A stretch of 64,000 bases of DNA from Lepidodermella squamata (Eukaryota > Animalia > Gastrotricha). Positions 49,361 to 63,374 of this stretch are shown here, one piece after another. The notes beneath the pieces were generated by a model, which had not been told where the DNA came from, did no database searches, and worked only from the letters and a program-made list of their open reading frames with translations. How positions within the stretch are numbered: the first letter of the stretch is position 1; every line of letters starts with the position of its first letter. The stretch covers positions 1,612,001 to 1,676,000 of the forward strand of contig JBLDXI010000029.1 of NCBI GenBank assembly GCA_047495785.1. Direction: 5' to 3'. The translations under genes and the position numbers were made by a program.

Positions 49361-50651
49361 CTCAGAGACATCGAATAACCCTAGATTATAAAAATTATCG
49401 AAATTCTGTGACGAATAAACTCGGATATATTAATATCGTGTTATTGAGAAATAATTTCCTGACTCCCTTTATTAGGCCTAGATTGGCGCTTTTCATTCAC
49501 GGTTTCCGGGGCAACCCTTGACGTGGCAAAAGGCTTCGGAGTTTAGCGAACCCTAGATAATCGAAATCCCATTAAACGTGTGGGCTGAATAGATGATGAT
49601 GACGTACATTGTAATGGAGGATTATTCCATGATTTAGCGGACTAACTGAATAATAACCAAGCTATTAAAAGAAGAACCGTCTGTCTTATTGTAGCCTATT
49701 TTCGTTACCCGGGTTGAAATTTCACTCGTTTGATGGCACGTCGCCACGTCATCATAAAACACTCTTCCATTACGAGTTTGACGTCTCCGGTGGTGCCCAC
49801 CTTTCCGCGATGCTTTATAAACATTGGTTTAATACAACCACGTGCGATAGAAAAGTTGCGATCTCAGCGAACTGCATCGGAAATTGAGCACTACCGTTAC
49901 AAAAGAATGTAGACTTAAACAATGATAAAACTCGAGGCCTGAGCACATGATTTAAGTTCAGCTGTTCCTAAACCTGCGCTTTTATTCGAACTTATTTCGC
50001 GAACGAAAGCTGCAGAATGGATTCGCTAAGAATCGAGCTTTTGGTATGCAGCGCGCATGTCCATTTCGACAGTTTCCACGCATTGTCCATAACTGCAATA
50101 ATCTCCGCGATAGCACGTTCCATTTAGCAATACAAATCGCCAATCATAACCATGCTTTCGGAAGGAAAATCGTCAGCTATAGCCAGCCGGAAATGACGAG
50201 TTAGCTAGCTATTTCTCGCCCGCATTTTTGTTAATGAATGAGTGGCGAGATGCGATCGCAATATTTTACTTGGGCGGTTGAGTGCTTGCCCCTTCCTGTT
50301 GTTATTGAATCGTAGGAGCTAAATTGAGTCGTCGAATATCATATATAACCAGTCGCATCGAAAATTTCGAGATAATGACGTAAATCATTGCAATAGCGCC
50401 AAGTCACAAATTTACATAGAATAATGCATGCCGCCATCTTGTTCCATGGTAGCCTAATTAGAAAGATCAGACTAGGCTAATCACCCGCGTATTTCTCAGC
50501 GGTTAGTAACACGATATCCACATGTTAACCCTAGCCGTCGCATTATAATTGCGCTTTTTAAGTAATTTATCGTGGATGGAATGCGAGGCTCTGCATAAAA
50601 CATGACATTCATTTGTAATTTTAATCATTAGGCGATTATTATACCTGCAAA

Positions 50652-51183
50652 ATGATTTTCGATTACTGCCTCCTGGTTTACCTGATCGCAGCGATTTTGA
50701 GTCTGGGCGGACACGTTATCTGTCTGCCGATTCAGAGTACAACCGATGGTACGGTTGTAGTGCCCCTTGCTAATCCAGAATCTACCCCAGCCTTACAAAC
50801 AGCCACTGCACCTCAAAAAAAAAGCAATCGCAAATTAATGACCGAAAGGCTAGCAAGTAAGTTATTTCGAATCACGCGCCATTCACTGTTAAACGTTCCA
50901 TTTTTCAGAGCATTTCGTTGATCTGGTGCGAAGCGGTGACGATCAGAAGGCTCTTGACGTCCTACAGGCTCTGCTGCGTATTGAATCCGAAATTCGAGCA
51001 AGAAAATGCTCCGAATCACTGACGGCATCAATTTGCCAGAATACCAACCCGCAAGGCTTTTACATTTGGGCGCATATGAGAGCGCGGGAGATTTTACGAG
51101 GCGACCCGTGGCTCGAATTTAGAGACAGGCTATTGCGCTCAACTTCATCGGGTAAAGACAGTGCTCCAACAACTTCTGCGTGA
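50652..51183 (+). CDS. Small secreted protein, paralogue 1 of an unidentified family
   Basis: Signal peptide MIFDYCLLVYLIAAILSLGGHVIC; phase-1 intron ~50857-50908; C-terminal CSESLTASICQNTNPQGFYIWAHMRA...DPW. Confidence 0.7.
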
Positions 51184-51291
51184 CGTAAAATCAACTTAGC
51201 TTCTTTCATATCTTTCCAATAAAAAAGCTGAACCAGGTCACGCACATGTTTTTTTTCACCCCGACCTTTTGCACTTTGTGCCTGAGACAAA

Positions 51292-51803
51292 ATGCGGGCG
51301 ATTTTAGGGATTATTATTTCCGTTACAGCTGCTTCCGCGTTAGAAGAAAAACTGTCCGGATACGTCTCTCAGGGTGCGCAGTTTTACGAAATGTCTCGCA
51401 GGGCTAATGATGGAGGAGCAACCGAGCTAACCCTTGACACGATGCTCAAGAGCACCCTAGACAGCGAGGAAAATGTCGGGAAAATGCTAGCTGGTGAGTT
51501 GATACGAAGTGTCCACTTTTAATTAGCTCAGACGTTACCATCATTCGCACGTTCACAGATTACTACGTAAAACTGCTAGAAGCGGGTAGGAAAGACGAGG
51601 CTTACGAAATTTTGCAGCTGGTCATGGAATGGGAGATGCACAACCGATTTCGCGAGTGCAATAAGTCGCTTTCAGCTTCTATCTGCAGCAAAAACAACCC
51701 GCTTCCGTTCTACATGTGGGCGCAAGTCAAGGCCAACGATTTGACGCGTGATCCACGGAACGATTTGCGCAAACAATTGTATTCAAAAATAAAATCGCTA
51801 TAA
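51292..51803 (+). CDS. Small secreted protein, paralogue 2
   Basis: Signal peptide MRAILGIIISVTAASA; phase-1 intron at the same position; CNKSLSASICSKNNPLPFYMWAQVKA...DPR. Confidence 0.7.
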
Positions 51804-51995
51804 AGTCAATATTTGCCTGCATTCTGAATTTTTGTTATTAATTCACACACCCCCATGTTGAATCATCGCTCCGAAGCGTGAATTATTGATGTTTTATCAA
51901 TATTTCGCGTATACCGGATGTAGGACTGACGTCGGTCATGAGTGAGAATAACTGTGGTCATCTATGGTCCGTCAGACGCCTCGATTTTTCAACTC

Positions 51996-52511
51996 ATGAA
52001 GTCATCTCTGGTAATAATTATTTGGTTTTTGAGCTTAACCGATGTCGGCTGCAGTAGGAGGCCCTACGCTAATCTGCGATTGCTCACAACTTCTAGACCG
52101 GCCCACAACACGACCCCCTCACAAAAATCGGAACACGCATTAATCGAAAGTAATGGAAGTCTGAATAGTTCAAAAATGTATCTCGAATTTCATTTTTCAA
52201 TCATTTTAAGAGATGCTCAAAGCAATCCTGAAACAAGGTAATGTGTCTAAATTGAAATCCATCCTACGGAAGCTGCATGGTCGTCATAAGGAGTTGAAAA
52301 TGGAGAGGTGTCTTCAGGAGTTGCCAGAAGCAATCTGCAAATTTAAAACTCCGTTTTATTCGTAGGTTTCACGTTTCGGGTAAAATTTCCTCTATTTTGT
52401 ACTTGTTCTTTCAGATGGGCGCAATTTCGAGCCAGACAAATTATGAACGATCCTTGGAAAGATCTTCTCGATCAAATCGACTCGAAATATTTTGAGCATG
52501 AAAGTCGTTGA
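51996..52511 (+). CDS. Small secreted protein, paralogue 3
   Basis: Signal peptide MKSSLVIIIWFLSLTDVGC; two introns; CLQELPEAICKFKTPFYS|WAQFRARQIMNDPW. Confidence 0.65.
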
Positions 52512-52750
52512 AAATAAAATGCCAGCCTCAGTGCATTCACTATTTTGGCTCGTGTTTGGTGTTGTAAATTTTTTGCCGATAACGGAGCCAAGATTACCTT
52601 CAGAATTAAAAAAATGTGGTGGGAGAAGACCCAGCTGCACCCGACTGATTAGATAAGCTTTTCTTTTAGTAGCCGATCACTATTAGGTAATTAAGATTAC
52701 AAAACACGTCTGCCGTCAATAATTACAACCAACCCGGTGTTCTGAAAACA

Positions 52751-55027
52751 ATGACAGGAATCGCTCCGAGCGGACAGGAAGTAGCTCGAGGCTCGTGGGG
52801 ATCAGCAATCCAATTCTTTATCACTTCAATAGGTTTGATGAGCTTCAAGAACTGTTTCAGAGCAAACAATCGTCCACCTTAATGTAGGAGCGGCTGTTGG
52901 GCTAGGAAATGTCTGGCGTTTCCCGAACGTCGTCTTCAGTAACGGAGGAGCTGTATTCCTAATCGCTTATGTTTTAGCGCTAGTTTTTCTTGCAATTCCT
53001 CTCCTGCTACTTGAATCAGCTATTGGTCAGTACTCGAAGAAAAGCCCGATCGGAGTATGGGACATGAGCCCGATATTTCGAGGCGTCGGATTGGCAACAT
53101 TCTACAACGCACTGCTTCATGTTTGCTACTACAACACCCCTCTTACATGGTAAGCTTTCATTACAAATCGGACTGAAATGCAAATTTTCTCTCAGGGGTG
53201 CCTTTTACTTTGTGAATTCATTCACGGATAAACTTCCATGGAGCGCCTGTGATCCGGATTGGTCGCGGCCCTCTTGTGCAGTCAGTAAGTTCAACATAGT
53301 TGGGAAATAACGCCTTGTACCATTTTATCCCCAAGATAAAACCGGCGTTATCAACGCTACGAGTCCAGCAGAGGACTTCTTTTAGTTAGTTAGATTTTTC
53401 CAGTGATTCGTACATAAAATCTCCACGTTTCTTTAGCAATAACACTTTGAAGCTGTCTGGAGATGCTGAAAATTGGGGCGAATTTTCGTGGCAGGTCTAT
53501 CTCGCTAGCGTAGTCTTGTGGTTGATTCTATTCGCTGGAGTCTCGTTTGGTGCTTCGACCCTGGGCTATGTTTCATACTTCACTAGTCTCTTCCCCTATG
53601 TCATGCTTACTGTAATGATCGGCTACACAGCAACTTTGGAAGGTGCATCCCGCGGGGTTGAATACTACATCACAAAGGTAGAGTGGGACAAGTTGAGTGA
53701 TATCAAATTATGGCGAGCAGCTATCGGTCAAGTTTTTTACTCAACAAACTGCGCTTTGGGTTGCGTGATTCAACTGGCGAGTTACAACAAATTCAATCAT
53801 AATATCTACCGCGATGCAATTCTTATTCCGATTCTTGATGGTCTGACCTCAGTCTTTGCCGGATTCAGTGTTTTCACTGTTCTCGGCTTTATGTCTGTTC
53901 AAAGAAATGTTACTATCGAAGAAACTGTAGAAGCAGGTTTGTTACAAACCATTTCAAGGTGGAAAATCTGAGGTTTTAATTGAACTAAGGTCCTGGTTTG
54001 ATTTTCATAACGTACGCTGAGCTTTTCACTTACATTGACGGCGGCTACGTTTGGTCGGTCTTCTTTTTCTTCATGATTATGGTTTTGGGCATCTCGTCTC
54101 AGCTTCCGGTCATCGAAATGTTCTGCTGTGGCATTTCAGATCTGTTTCCATATTTCAACAAAACCCGTGTCCATAATTTAGCGCTGCGATTTGGTTTCGT
54201 CTTCTTCTGCATGTCCTTAGCGACGTTTTTCTATTCAGGGGTAAGACCATTCGAAAATAAAGTTCCTTTGTCTTACTCCAGTTTGATAGAATGGCTACTA
54301 CTGGTACTACCTCATTGATGAAAGAGTGGCGGGTATCCCTCTCATAGTTATTGGATTCTTCGAGCTCATCGGAGTCGCATGGGTCTACAGTGGACCAAGT
54401 ATATTCATAGAAGTTATCATTACTCATATAATTATATAAAATATCAAAGGAGCTCAAGTTCTTCTGGCTAACATCAAGGAAATGGTTGGCACAGAATGGG
54501 GCCCGACAGCTAATAAGGCATTCGGCATAACAAAATGGTATTGGCTAGTTTGCTGGCTATTCATTGCTCCGGCAACAATGGCGGTAAGTCGATGTCCTCA
54601 CGATGATAATCCTTTTGATTCCAATTCACTTTAGTTCATCCTGATTTACGACCTCATTCAAACTAGTGATAAACCTCTTGTTGCCCTTGGATACCTATAC
54701 CCAGACTGGTCTATCGCAGTTTCTTGGGTTTTGGTGGCAATTGCGCCGGCATTAATTCTATTCGCCGCTTTCTTCGTAGCCTGTCGCTTCTATGGAGCCT
54801 GCAACCCTTGGATAGCCGGTTCGGAGCCACTGGACTCGTGGGTGCCAGCGAAAGAAAAGTCAGAAGAGCCAGAGATTCCTTCAAATGTACATGAGCTACA
54901 AACTATGCAGAGCAGTGTGATCCCCAGCTACCCGCCGCCTAACTGGGCTGCCATACCACCGGCCCAAAACTACGGCGTTTACACAGTGCCGCCGCTCAAG
55001 TTGGCGCCAGGAGAGGAGAAAGTTTGA
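52751..55027 (+). CDS. SLC6 (Na+/Cl- neurotransmitter/amino-acid symporter) family transporter 1, multi-exon
   Basis: RGSW...IG|AAVGLGNVWRFP...NGGAVFLIAY...LLLESAIGQYS; YFTSLFPYVML; WRAAIGQVFYS; LASYNKFNHNIYRDA; TSVFAGFSVFTVLGFM; GPGLIFITY. Confidence 0.92.
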
Positions 55028-55239
55028 AAAACAGTCTTGTGGTGATTAATCGATGAGAAACTTGATAATATAATAAAGCTGTAGACCCACCTATGCGCCG
55101 AATCGCTATTAGCCCCACTTATTGGCTAATTTACTGCCGATAAGATAAGGCCGTTCACTTTTTCGGGTGACGTGAGTGCGGGCGCCAATAGCCAAAGCCA
55201 AGAGAAAATTACTTTTCGTATACCCTACTTTCTCGCCAG

Positions 55240-57325
55240 ATGAAAAAACACAGAACCAGACCTGTCCCTGAGTTTTCGTCGATTGACAGAGGGACTTGGT
55301 CGGGTATTCAGTATTTATTCACATCTCTCGGCTCAGCAGTTGGTCTAGGTAATGTCTGGCGGTTCCCAAATATCGTTTACAAGAACGGTGGAGCAGCATT
55401 CCTTGTTGCATACGTTATTGCCCTAATATTTTTCGCAATACCAATCTTACTACTGGAGTCTACGATCGGGCAATACTCTAAGAAGGGCCCAATCGGTGTT
55501 TGGGACCTAGCCCCAGCCCTTCGAGGAACAGGTTTTGCGACTCTATGGACCTGTTTCTGCTTCGTTGTCTACTACAATACGCCATTGGCTTGGGCAGGAT
55601 ACTACTTTTCAAGCTCATTCACATCAGAGTTGCCGTGGAAGCCTATAGGTGATCGAAAAAACTCCAACACGGCTAGAAATTCAAGTAAAATGTGTCTTAC
55701 AGATGAAACGCATGATCACAGTGTCGAGATTTTCCCGGCTGAGAGCTACTTTTAGTAAGTCAAAGAATAAAGATTAATTCCTCTAAAATCAGTGTTCTAG
55801 CAATGAAACCCTAAAACTTTCATCGGCAATTGATGAATGGGGCGAATTCTCTTGGCATGTCTACCTTTGCAACGGAATCATTTGGCTTGTCATTTTCGGA
55901 GGCGTTAGCCTTGGGGCTCAGTCTATGGGTCGCATTTCCTTCTTCACAACAATTTTTCCATACGTAAGACTCAGATCCTTCGATGTAAGACCTAATCCTT
56001 AGGCTTTTAGGTGATGATCACAATAATGATCGGCTACACTTCAACGCTTCCTGGAGCTGGCAAAGGCGTCGAATTTTACATAGCGAAGTTTGAGTGGGAA
56101 AAGCTTGCGAAAATCAGTGTTTGGCGCGATGCCATTGCCCAAGTTTTCTTCTCAACAAACTGCGGTCTCGGAACAGTCATTCAGCTAGCTTCATACAACA
56201 AGTTTAACCACAACATCTATCGAGACGTGGTCATAATCGCTGTTATAGACGCCTTGACATCAATTTTCGCTGGTTTCTCGGTGTTTACTGTCTTGGGTTA
56301 CATGGCTGAGAAGCATAACCATACAGTTGAAGATGTTTTGGACTCAGGGCCAGGGTTGATTTTCATTACGTACCCAGAGGCCTTCCTTTACATGGAAAAT
56401 GGCTTTGTTTGGTCTATTTTCTTCTTTCTGATGATAATGGTACTAGGAGTCAGCTCGCAACTCCCATGCATCGACATTTGTTGCAGCGCCATTGCAGATC
56501 TCATTCCATTTTTCAGCCGAAGCCGTTTGCATAATATTCTGTTCAGATTCGGATTCATCCTACTTTGCTTCGCCTGCACAACCTTCTTCTACTTTGGTTT
56601 CGGGTACTATTGGTACTTTTTGGTCGACGACCGTATTTCTGGAATTCCATTGATGCTGATCGCCTTTTTCGAGCTGGTTGGGGTCGGTTGGTTCTATAGT
56701 CGGCCGTGCTGTGCCTGCGCTAATGTATTGCTGAGCAATATCGAAGAAATGGTCGGCCCTACTTGGTCGAGGCGATCTTGGTCCATCTGGAAGTACGCCA
56801 AGTATTACTGGGTCATTTGTTGGACTTTGATCGCTCCTGTCATGATTGCGGTGAGTCTGTATTTTAGATCGGAAAATCTATAATTCACATTTTTCAGTTT
56901 ATCCTAATCTACGATTTGGCGGACAATAGTCCAGTCATGATTGGAACGTATCTAGTTCCAAGCTGGGCCGCTGACATGAGTTGGGCCATTGTAGCGATCA
57001 CTCCTTTGCTCATTTTCGCAGGATTAATTTTGGTCCCTTGCCTTCAGTATCGCGGTTATACGGTAAAACGCCCATACATTGCGCTGATGTTATTGAATTT
57101 TTTCATTTCAAGGCGTGGATGAATGCTCTCCATCCAATGGAAGCGTGGAAGTCTGCCCGTGATTCAGATGGCCTCGACCCAAGGTCACGAGAATCTTGGT
57201 ACGGGGCGGCTTACATCGACTACCCAGACTACCCATCCCGAAGCCCTTCCTTGCCAAGAGCTGCAGTAATAACGGAACCAAGAAGTCGACCCAGTATCAT
57301 CGACAATCTAACACTCGATATCTAA
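55240..57325 (+). CDS. SLC6 family transporter 2 (tandem paralogue)
   Basis: RGTW...LGSAVGLGNVWRFP...NGGAAFLVAY; WRDAIAQVFFS; LASYNKFNHNIYRD; SGPGLIFITYPEAF. Confidence 0.92.
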
Positions 57326-57585
57326 CCGCTTGCAAATTTTTCGCCAGAAAACAAAACAGCCATTTGTTGAGCTTTTGATTTGTTTCGAAAGAAATTCTAG
57401 TTTTAATGTATTAAACTGTGATTCAGTACACGCCAAGGTTGCGTGAGACTACAGAACGATATCCCTCCTCAAATTCGAAGTTGATCAGTTTGAATTACAA
57501 TGCTGCTAAGATTGATGGTTGATGTTGCTAAGGCCTTTGAGACCCGAGTCCAAAAGGCTACTTTTCTGTCGAAAACGCAGTAATA

Positions 57586-59022
57586 CAGTGCTCCCTCGAT
57601 AAAAGCACTGGGTCGGGAGCCAGACCCGGTCTTTAAACAAGGGAAAGCTATAACGAGGGCTGTAATTGAATGCAGAAGCTAAAAATAGACCGTTTCTACG
57701 ACTTAAGACAGTTGCCATGCCAACGCGCAGAAAGAGACGGACACGGATTACGTGTCATTAGAAATTTCGCTCGCTGAAGGCTGTTAAACAACAACACTAT
57801 GAATCATAAGTTCATCGCCAAGTTTTTATTCTTATTTGCCAAGGCGGTTTTGATTTGACTGGCTGGCCTTGTGTTTTTACTCTGATTTTAAGTCCTGCCT
57901 GGGGTTAACGAACTCAGAATAAAAAAAACCTGGAATCCCATTATTTCAATTTACTTCCAAAATGCTCAGCTCGTCCGATTTCGCAAACAAATTTCATTTG
58001 ACATCACAGCTTAAAAAACCAATCACCTTGGTCAAGATTTACCAGAATACTTCTGAATTAATCAACAGCAAGGTAAAAATCGGGCAGAAGCTCCCGCCGT
58101 CCCTCCTCGGGATGTTGCGATTTTCAAAGTCAAAATCGAATGATTAAAAGTAGTAAAAAAACCCTTAAAATTGCCAAGGCGTTGAGCAATGAAATCGTAG
58201 AGTAGTGGCCGTTTCATGTTAGATCAGGCCTATCGACTATCGAAAATCGGCTAATAATCCGATAACTTAGGACAACTGGAACGAATGAAATCGGTCTAAT
58301 TTTATGAGAATAAATCCATGTATCGAAATTAAAATAAATCGTAAAACAAGGACGCGATTCTTCATGATTACGCAACACAGCCGGGAACGAAATTGGAAAA
58401 ACTGAAGTTTCAGTTTCCTTAAAAAATCACGATTTATAATAATCCTAATCCTAATTTGATCATGCTAATAATGCTGGTAAATTTCAAGAGATTTTCTGGC
58501 CGGGAAAAAGCTAAAAATTGAAAAATCAGGGCAATTCAGATGAGTCTTTTAGTTGATCAGCAATTGGCCTGAGGGAAAATCTGCAAATCAAGGAGAGCTA
58601 AGATTGACGGGCATTTTTATAGTTATTGAAATGAATTGCTGATTTTGTCTGATATATTGGCGTAATTTCTGATATAAAGTTTAACAAAAAACAAGACGAC
58701 TCGCAGCACGACTTGAGTGGCAGCTAATCCTCACACTCTGTTGCATAATCACAGCCATTTCAAAGCCAAAAGAACAGCTTAATGCACTGATGATCTTTCA
58801 ACTCATTTGAACTAAATTTGAAATAACTGGATCTCTCAAAACCACGACAACGCGACGCTAGGTTTCTAGGAACGCTAATTTTTCACGCTTAATTTTTTTA
58901 ATCTATCAAACAATTATTATTTGTTTATTAATTTACAACTAATTTATTTAGCAGGGTCCAAAATTACGGTCTACAAACGAGGGAGTTCTTTTAAGGAGGG
59001 TGCCACTAACGAGGGAGCACTG
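57586..59022. mobile_element. Non-autonomous pogo/Tigger-like DNA transposon (~1.44 kb, TA flanks)
   Basis: TA|CAGTGCTCCCTCG ... CGAGGGAGCACTG|TA; a solo related left end TA|CAGTGCTCCCTCG occurs at 37646. Confidence 0.8.
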
Positions 59023-59089
59023 TATGACGGAGTTGCCGCATAGTTCACCTAGACCAGAGACCTAGACCTGGAGCAAAAATTGCGCCTGC

Positions 59090-60030
59090 TAAATTCGTCC
59101 GATATTGCTTTGAAACAATACCAAGTCCCAGGCATTTTTAACTAGATGATTTTGATGGCTCGATCTTGTGACGATTGCAGCTTGTCGCGAGTCGATTTTG
59201 AGGCTCGCCCAAGGGTAATGTCGCCATAATTCAGATGACTGACAACGAGACCGTTGGTCATCATGACAGCAGTTTTGCGATCAATTCCAGCATCGACAGC
59301 TTGTTAGAGAGCGAACAAGCCCTTTCGAGCCTTGCCCTTCGCCATCTCGATGTGTTCGTCTAATAAGAGCTTATTGTCAATATGGAAGCCGAGTGTGCTC
59401 ATTGATTCAGACGGCTTAATCGCAACGCCGCCGATGGTGACCGTGAAGTCAGGCGCTGTCGAATGGTGCGGCTTGAGCAGCATAAACTGCGATTTTTTGA
59501 CATTTACCGCCAGGCTGTTCTGCTTCAGCCATGCGCACCAGTTCCAGTTGTAGAACAGCCTGTAGTTCGTTGATGTTTTTCGAACCAAAGAAAATGGTAA
59601 CGTCGTCAGCGTATTGAGCAATGCCGCATCGGTTCAAAATCAAAGGCAGGTCGTTTACATAAATTGTGAACAGGAGCGGGCCAAGGACCGATCCTTGTGG
59701 CACACCGCAATCAATCGACTCGAACGGGGATGCTTCACCGTTGATTTTCGTGGTTTGGCGGCGATTGCTCAAGTAGTTTATCAAAAGGTGAACTGACCTT
59801 TCCGTTACCCCAGCGGATCGGAGCGACTCGATGATCCCATCGTGGTGAAGCGTGTCGAATGCTTTTGACAAGTCGATCGACACTGCTCCAACCACGTTTC
59901 CTGTGTCAAGTAGACGTCGCCAGCGTTCGGTAAACGATGCCACGCATGTGTCTGTCGAATGGTGTTGACGAAATCCGTGTTGCGCCGGTGTTAAGAACTT
60001 GATCGCTCGCAAGTGATCTTTCAGCTGTGT
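59090..60030 (-). mobile_element. Truncated, frameshifted non-LTR retrotransposon (LINE; CR1/L2-like) reverse transcriptase
   Basis: QHGFRQHHST, SIDLSKAFDTL, YLSNRRQ, GVPQGSVLGPLLFTIYVND, QYADD; continues in another frame as WLKQNSLAVNVKKSQFM...LGFHIDNKL. Confidence 0.9.
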
Positions 60031-61178
60031 TGCCAGGCAACGCTCGAACGTACGAGCTAGCGGCGAAGTGAAGTTTGGTTACGCAGCCAAAGTGGATTTG
60101 CGATTTCAAAATAAGATATAAAGTGAAGTCGCCCTTCGAAAGTTCCCCGCAAGTTGGCGAGACTCGATCTGAGAAGATAAGGCAGTTGGCACGGTAAAGT
60201 GTCACGTTAACTCCATTCCCATGAAGAATAGAATGATTTAACCATTATTTTTATGCATTCAACTCTTTACCGCCTCACGGTTTTACTCTCCTTTCGGACG
60301 CCATAAAAATAAGATATAAATAAATGGGTGATTATGACGTCAATTTGTCAGTGCTCAAGGCTAGCTTCTTCGCATAACTTCTGTACGTGCTACGTGCGCG
60401 AAAAAGCATTTTTCTCAATAACTTGTTTAACCAGTTGTCATTCATAACGCTGTAGTTTCCGTCAAAACTTGCCGGCGGCTTAAGGTTTGAGTGTATACTT
60501 TGAAAGCAGGTGAGTATTCGAGTCGATTTCGACAAGAGTTTGCTGCATCAGTTCAGTATGAGCTTTTCGTGATAAAACGTTTTTTAAATATTCAACTTCT
60601 ATGGCAAACTTCGCAGTGTTCATCGGTGTTATGGTGAGGCTGGGCAACATTTTTTAACTATTTCATCTTTTAATTTTCCAACAGGCCGCTTTCGGACTAT
60701 TTTTTTTGACTGAAGGCCACGAGGTTGCCGAGCAGCAAGAGACAGCTAGAGAAGAGCCATGCATTACGCCGTGGGGAACGCCTGGCACACTGAGAAGAAT
60801 ACCTGGTGCAGGTTGCGTTGAGAATGGACACGTTGTAACATCCCCTCCCAAAGCTCCCGCCAGCTGTAAAACTCGTGAAGGCAAGCCGGGTTATAAGAGA
60901 GGCAGCATGTGCGTCCGATTATGAATCGCCTATGTAATTGCATGAACTGGAGAGATGAAGAGATGGAGGCGAGCAGCACATTCAATAGATGATATGCTGA
61001 GCTAAACGTGAATGCATTTAAGAATAAATCAATAGGAGAATCATGCACTTACAATTGCTTTCATTAAAAATAAAACAAAAATAAAAATAAGGTGTTCTAA
61101 AAAAATTGTCAAGAGGCACATTTACTCCAGTTCACTGCAGACATACGCAAAATATCCGCAAATGTCGATTGCAAATTT

Positions 61179-61382
61179 CGTTTGCATAATATTCTGTTCA
61201 GATTCGGATTCATCTTACTTTGCTTGGCCTGCACAACCTTCTTCTACTTTGGTTTCGGGTACTACTGGTACTTTTTGGTCGATGACCGTATTTCTGGAAT
61301 TCCATTGATGCCGATCGCCTTTTTCGAGCTGGTTGGGGTCGGTTGGTTCTACAGTTGACCGCGTTGTGCCTGCGCCAATGTA
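61179..61382 (+). pseudogene. Duplicated fragment of SLC6 transporter 2 with an in-frame stop
   Basis: Near-identical to 56524-56727 (cgtttgcataatattctgttcagattcggattcatc...); codon CGG is replaced by TGA at ~61356. Confidence 0.85.
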
Positions 61383-63057
61383 ATTTATTTTCCAGCGCTT
61401 ACCTTGGTGTAACGAATCGATAACAAACCCCGAATAAAGCAAAATAGAAGTCGAATTTAGAATTTCGACGCGTAGGCACAACAGGTCCTTGAGCGTTGGT
61501 CTGGCTGACAATTGTCGGTGGTCCGACGATTCGATTTTTGGCGAGTGGAAGTCACTCGGGATCCAATTAGCGCGTTGACGTGTCCATGCAAATCGAGGCT
61601 ATCGATGTAGAGGCTTATATTCAATAGATTCTTCGAACTATCTACTATCGGACCATATAATTTGCACTTTGCTTACTCTCGGACCTTCACGAGTCACGAT
61701 CATACTATTCGGAATTGTAAAACGGTGATTGTATTTTTAATTTACATTTACACAGTCTACAATTTTATGCATCAAGAAAATGCTCGGTACTCGGTACAAT
61801 ATTGAACATAGCTACTTTTGGTTACTTTTGAGCTGCCTTGTCGACTGCGAACGCTTCAGCATATTTTAGTATTTTCGGACCCCGAAACACGCTTGCCCCA
61901 AAACCTAACCCCGACTCCGTTCTGCATTTAATATCAGAAATTATTCATGAATTTCCATATCAACAATCGAAATACATAGCTAGATTTTTAGGTTGACTGC
62001 CCCGCTGCCAATTTTGGAACCCGGCAAATTTCTGGAATAATATGATTTTGGTGTCAGCCATGTGCTTGCGTTATTATTCTCCCTTCTTTCAACCTTCACG
62101 AATCAAAAGTTAAAAATATATCGAAGCTGAAGCTTTTCATGTATAATCCGAACTGTAATATTGGTTTGATTTATACTATCAGCAACATAAAGAGAGTCTG
62201 TATTAAACTAAGAGAATTAACAGTGCAACACTTTCGGGTCTGACTAGTCCCGTTAGAAATAGTCTCATTCCAAGAAAATCCGCTTCAGGCTGTATTAGCT
62301 AAATTTCACCTTAATTGTATGAAATAATAGTTCAAATTGAATGTTCTCTTCTGCCCATGTTGTAAGCAGGCGCAGACAAATCAGAGCCACGAAAACCTTA
62401 AAAATCCGAATTGATTTCGAATTTCGAATTCGAACTTTGATCACACTTTCGAAAATGTGATATCAATTAAAAAATATCAGGTTAAACTAAAATTTACACA
62501 TTTGCTTCGATCACATCCCCCACTGTGTACACGCGTAACGCAGAATAGCAGGTCAAACAAATAAATAATAAATAAATTATAATGGGGTTTGCAGCCGCAG
62601 TCATTTGAATCCATGCAACTGGCGTGGCTTGGTCATTTTTTTTATTAATTTATTGTAACAATGGCAAACAAATAGTAACTGCCAGTAAAGCAGTTCACAG
62701 CAGAATTATCGGGCTAATACGTTTTCTAAACAGCTGATTTTCTTCTTTCCAAAGTGAGATTCAGAATTGGGGGACCGGAGAATCGGGGAGGAATAAAAAC
62801 ACCCAAAGTACTGGAGAGCTGTTCGAGTTGAGAGCAGGTTCTACGTCAGAACAAGCTTGCCAAATTGTTCGCGTGGTTGAGGTCCATGTTAAAGAAAACC
62901 TTTCTATTAGTTTGTGAGCGTGATAGAACGTGATGTACGTGATTGCGCGTGCCATCACGCTTGTGCAATTACTTGATTAGCGAGATTGTATGCACTCGAA
63001 AGCATAAGAAAATACAAATTACCATAGAATACTCAATGTTCAACACTATTTCTATAT

Positions 63058-63257
63058 CATAGATTAAGCCCTCCTTTCTCCTCCTTTCGCCATTCCCCAC
63101 ACGACGTTAAGGGCATCTTCCTCACAAGTCAGCTAGCTAACTTATTCGCGTTGTTATGGTCCAATTAAAAAAATCCTGTCTAGCAGTTCGTGAACCCTGT
63201 ACGTGATAGCGCATAGCAAAGGAGGGGGCGCGGAGAAAGGCGGGCTTGAAATCTATG
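63058..63257. mobile_element. MITE-like fold-back
   Basis: CATAGATTAAGCCCTCCTTTCTCC ... GGAGAAAGGCGGGCTTGAAATCTATG. Confidence 0.6.
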
Positions 63258-63374
63258 TTATGGCTATCTAAGTTCAACCATTTAGTGGTTCCACGATGTC
63301 ATATTACTTCATAATACAATTATAGACTCCTACTCATACAATATCATACATGTATATAGTAATTTCCTCCAGTA

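Noticed and set aside
61215-61511. Minus-strand 98-aa ORF
   Set aside because: Antisense shadow of the SLC6 pseudogene fragment.
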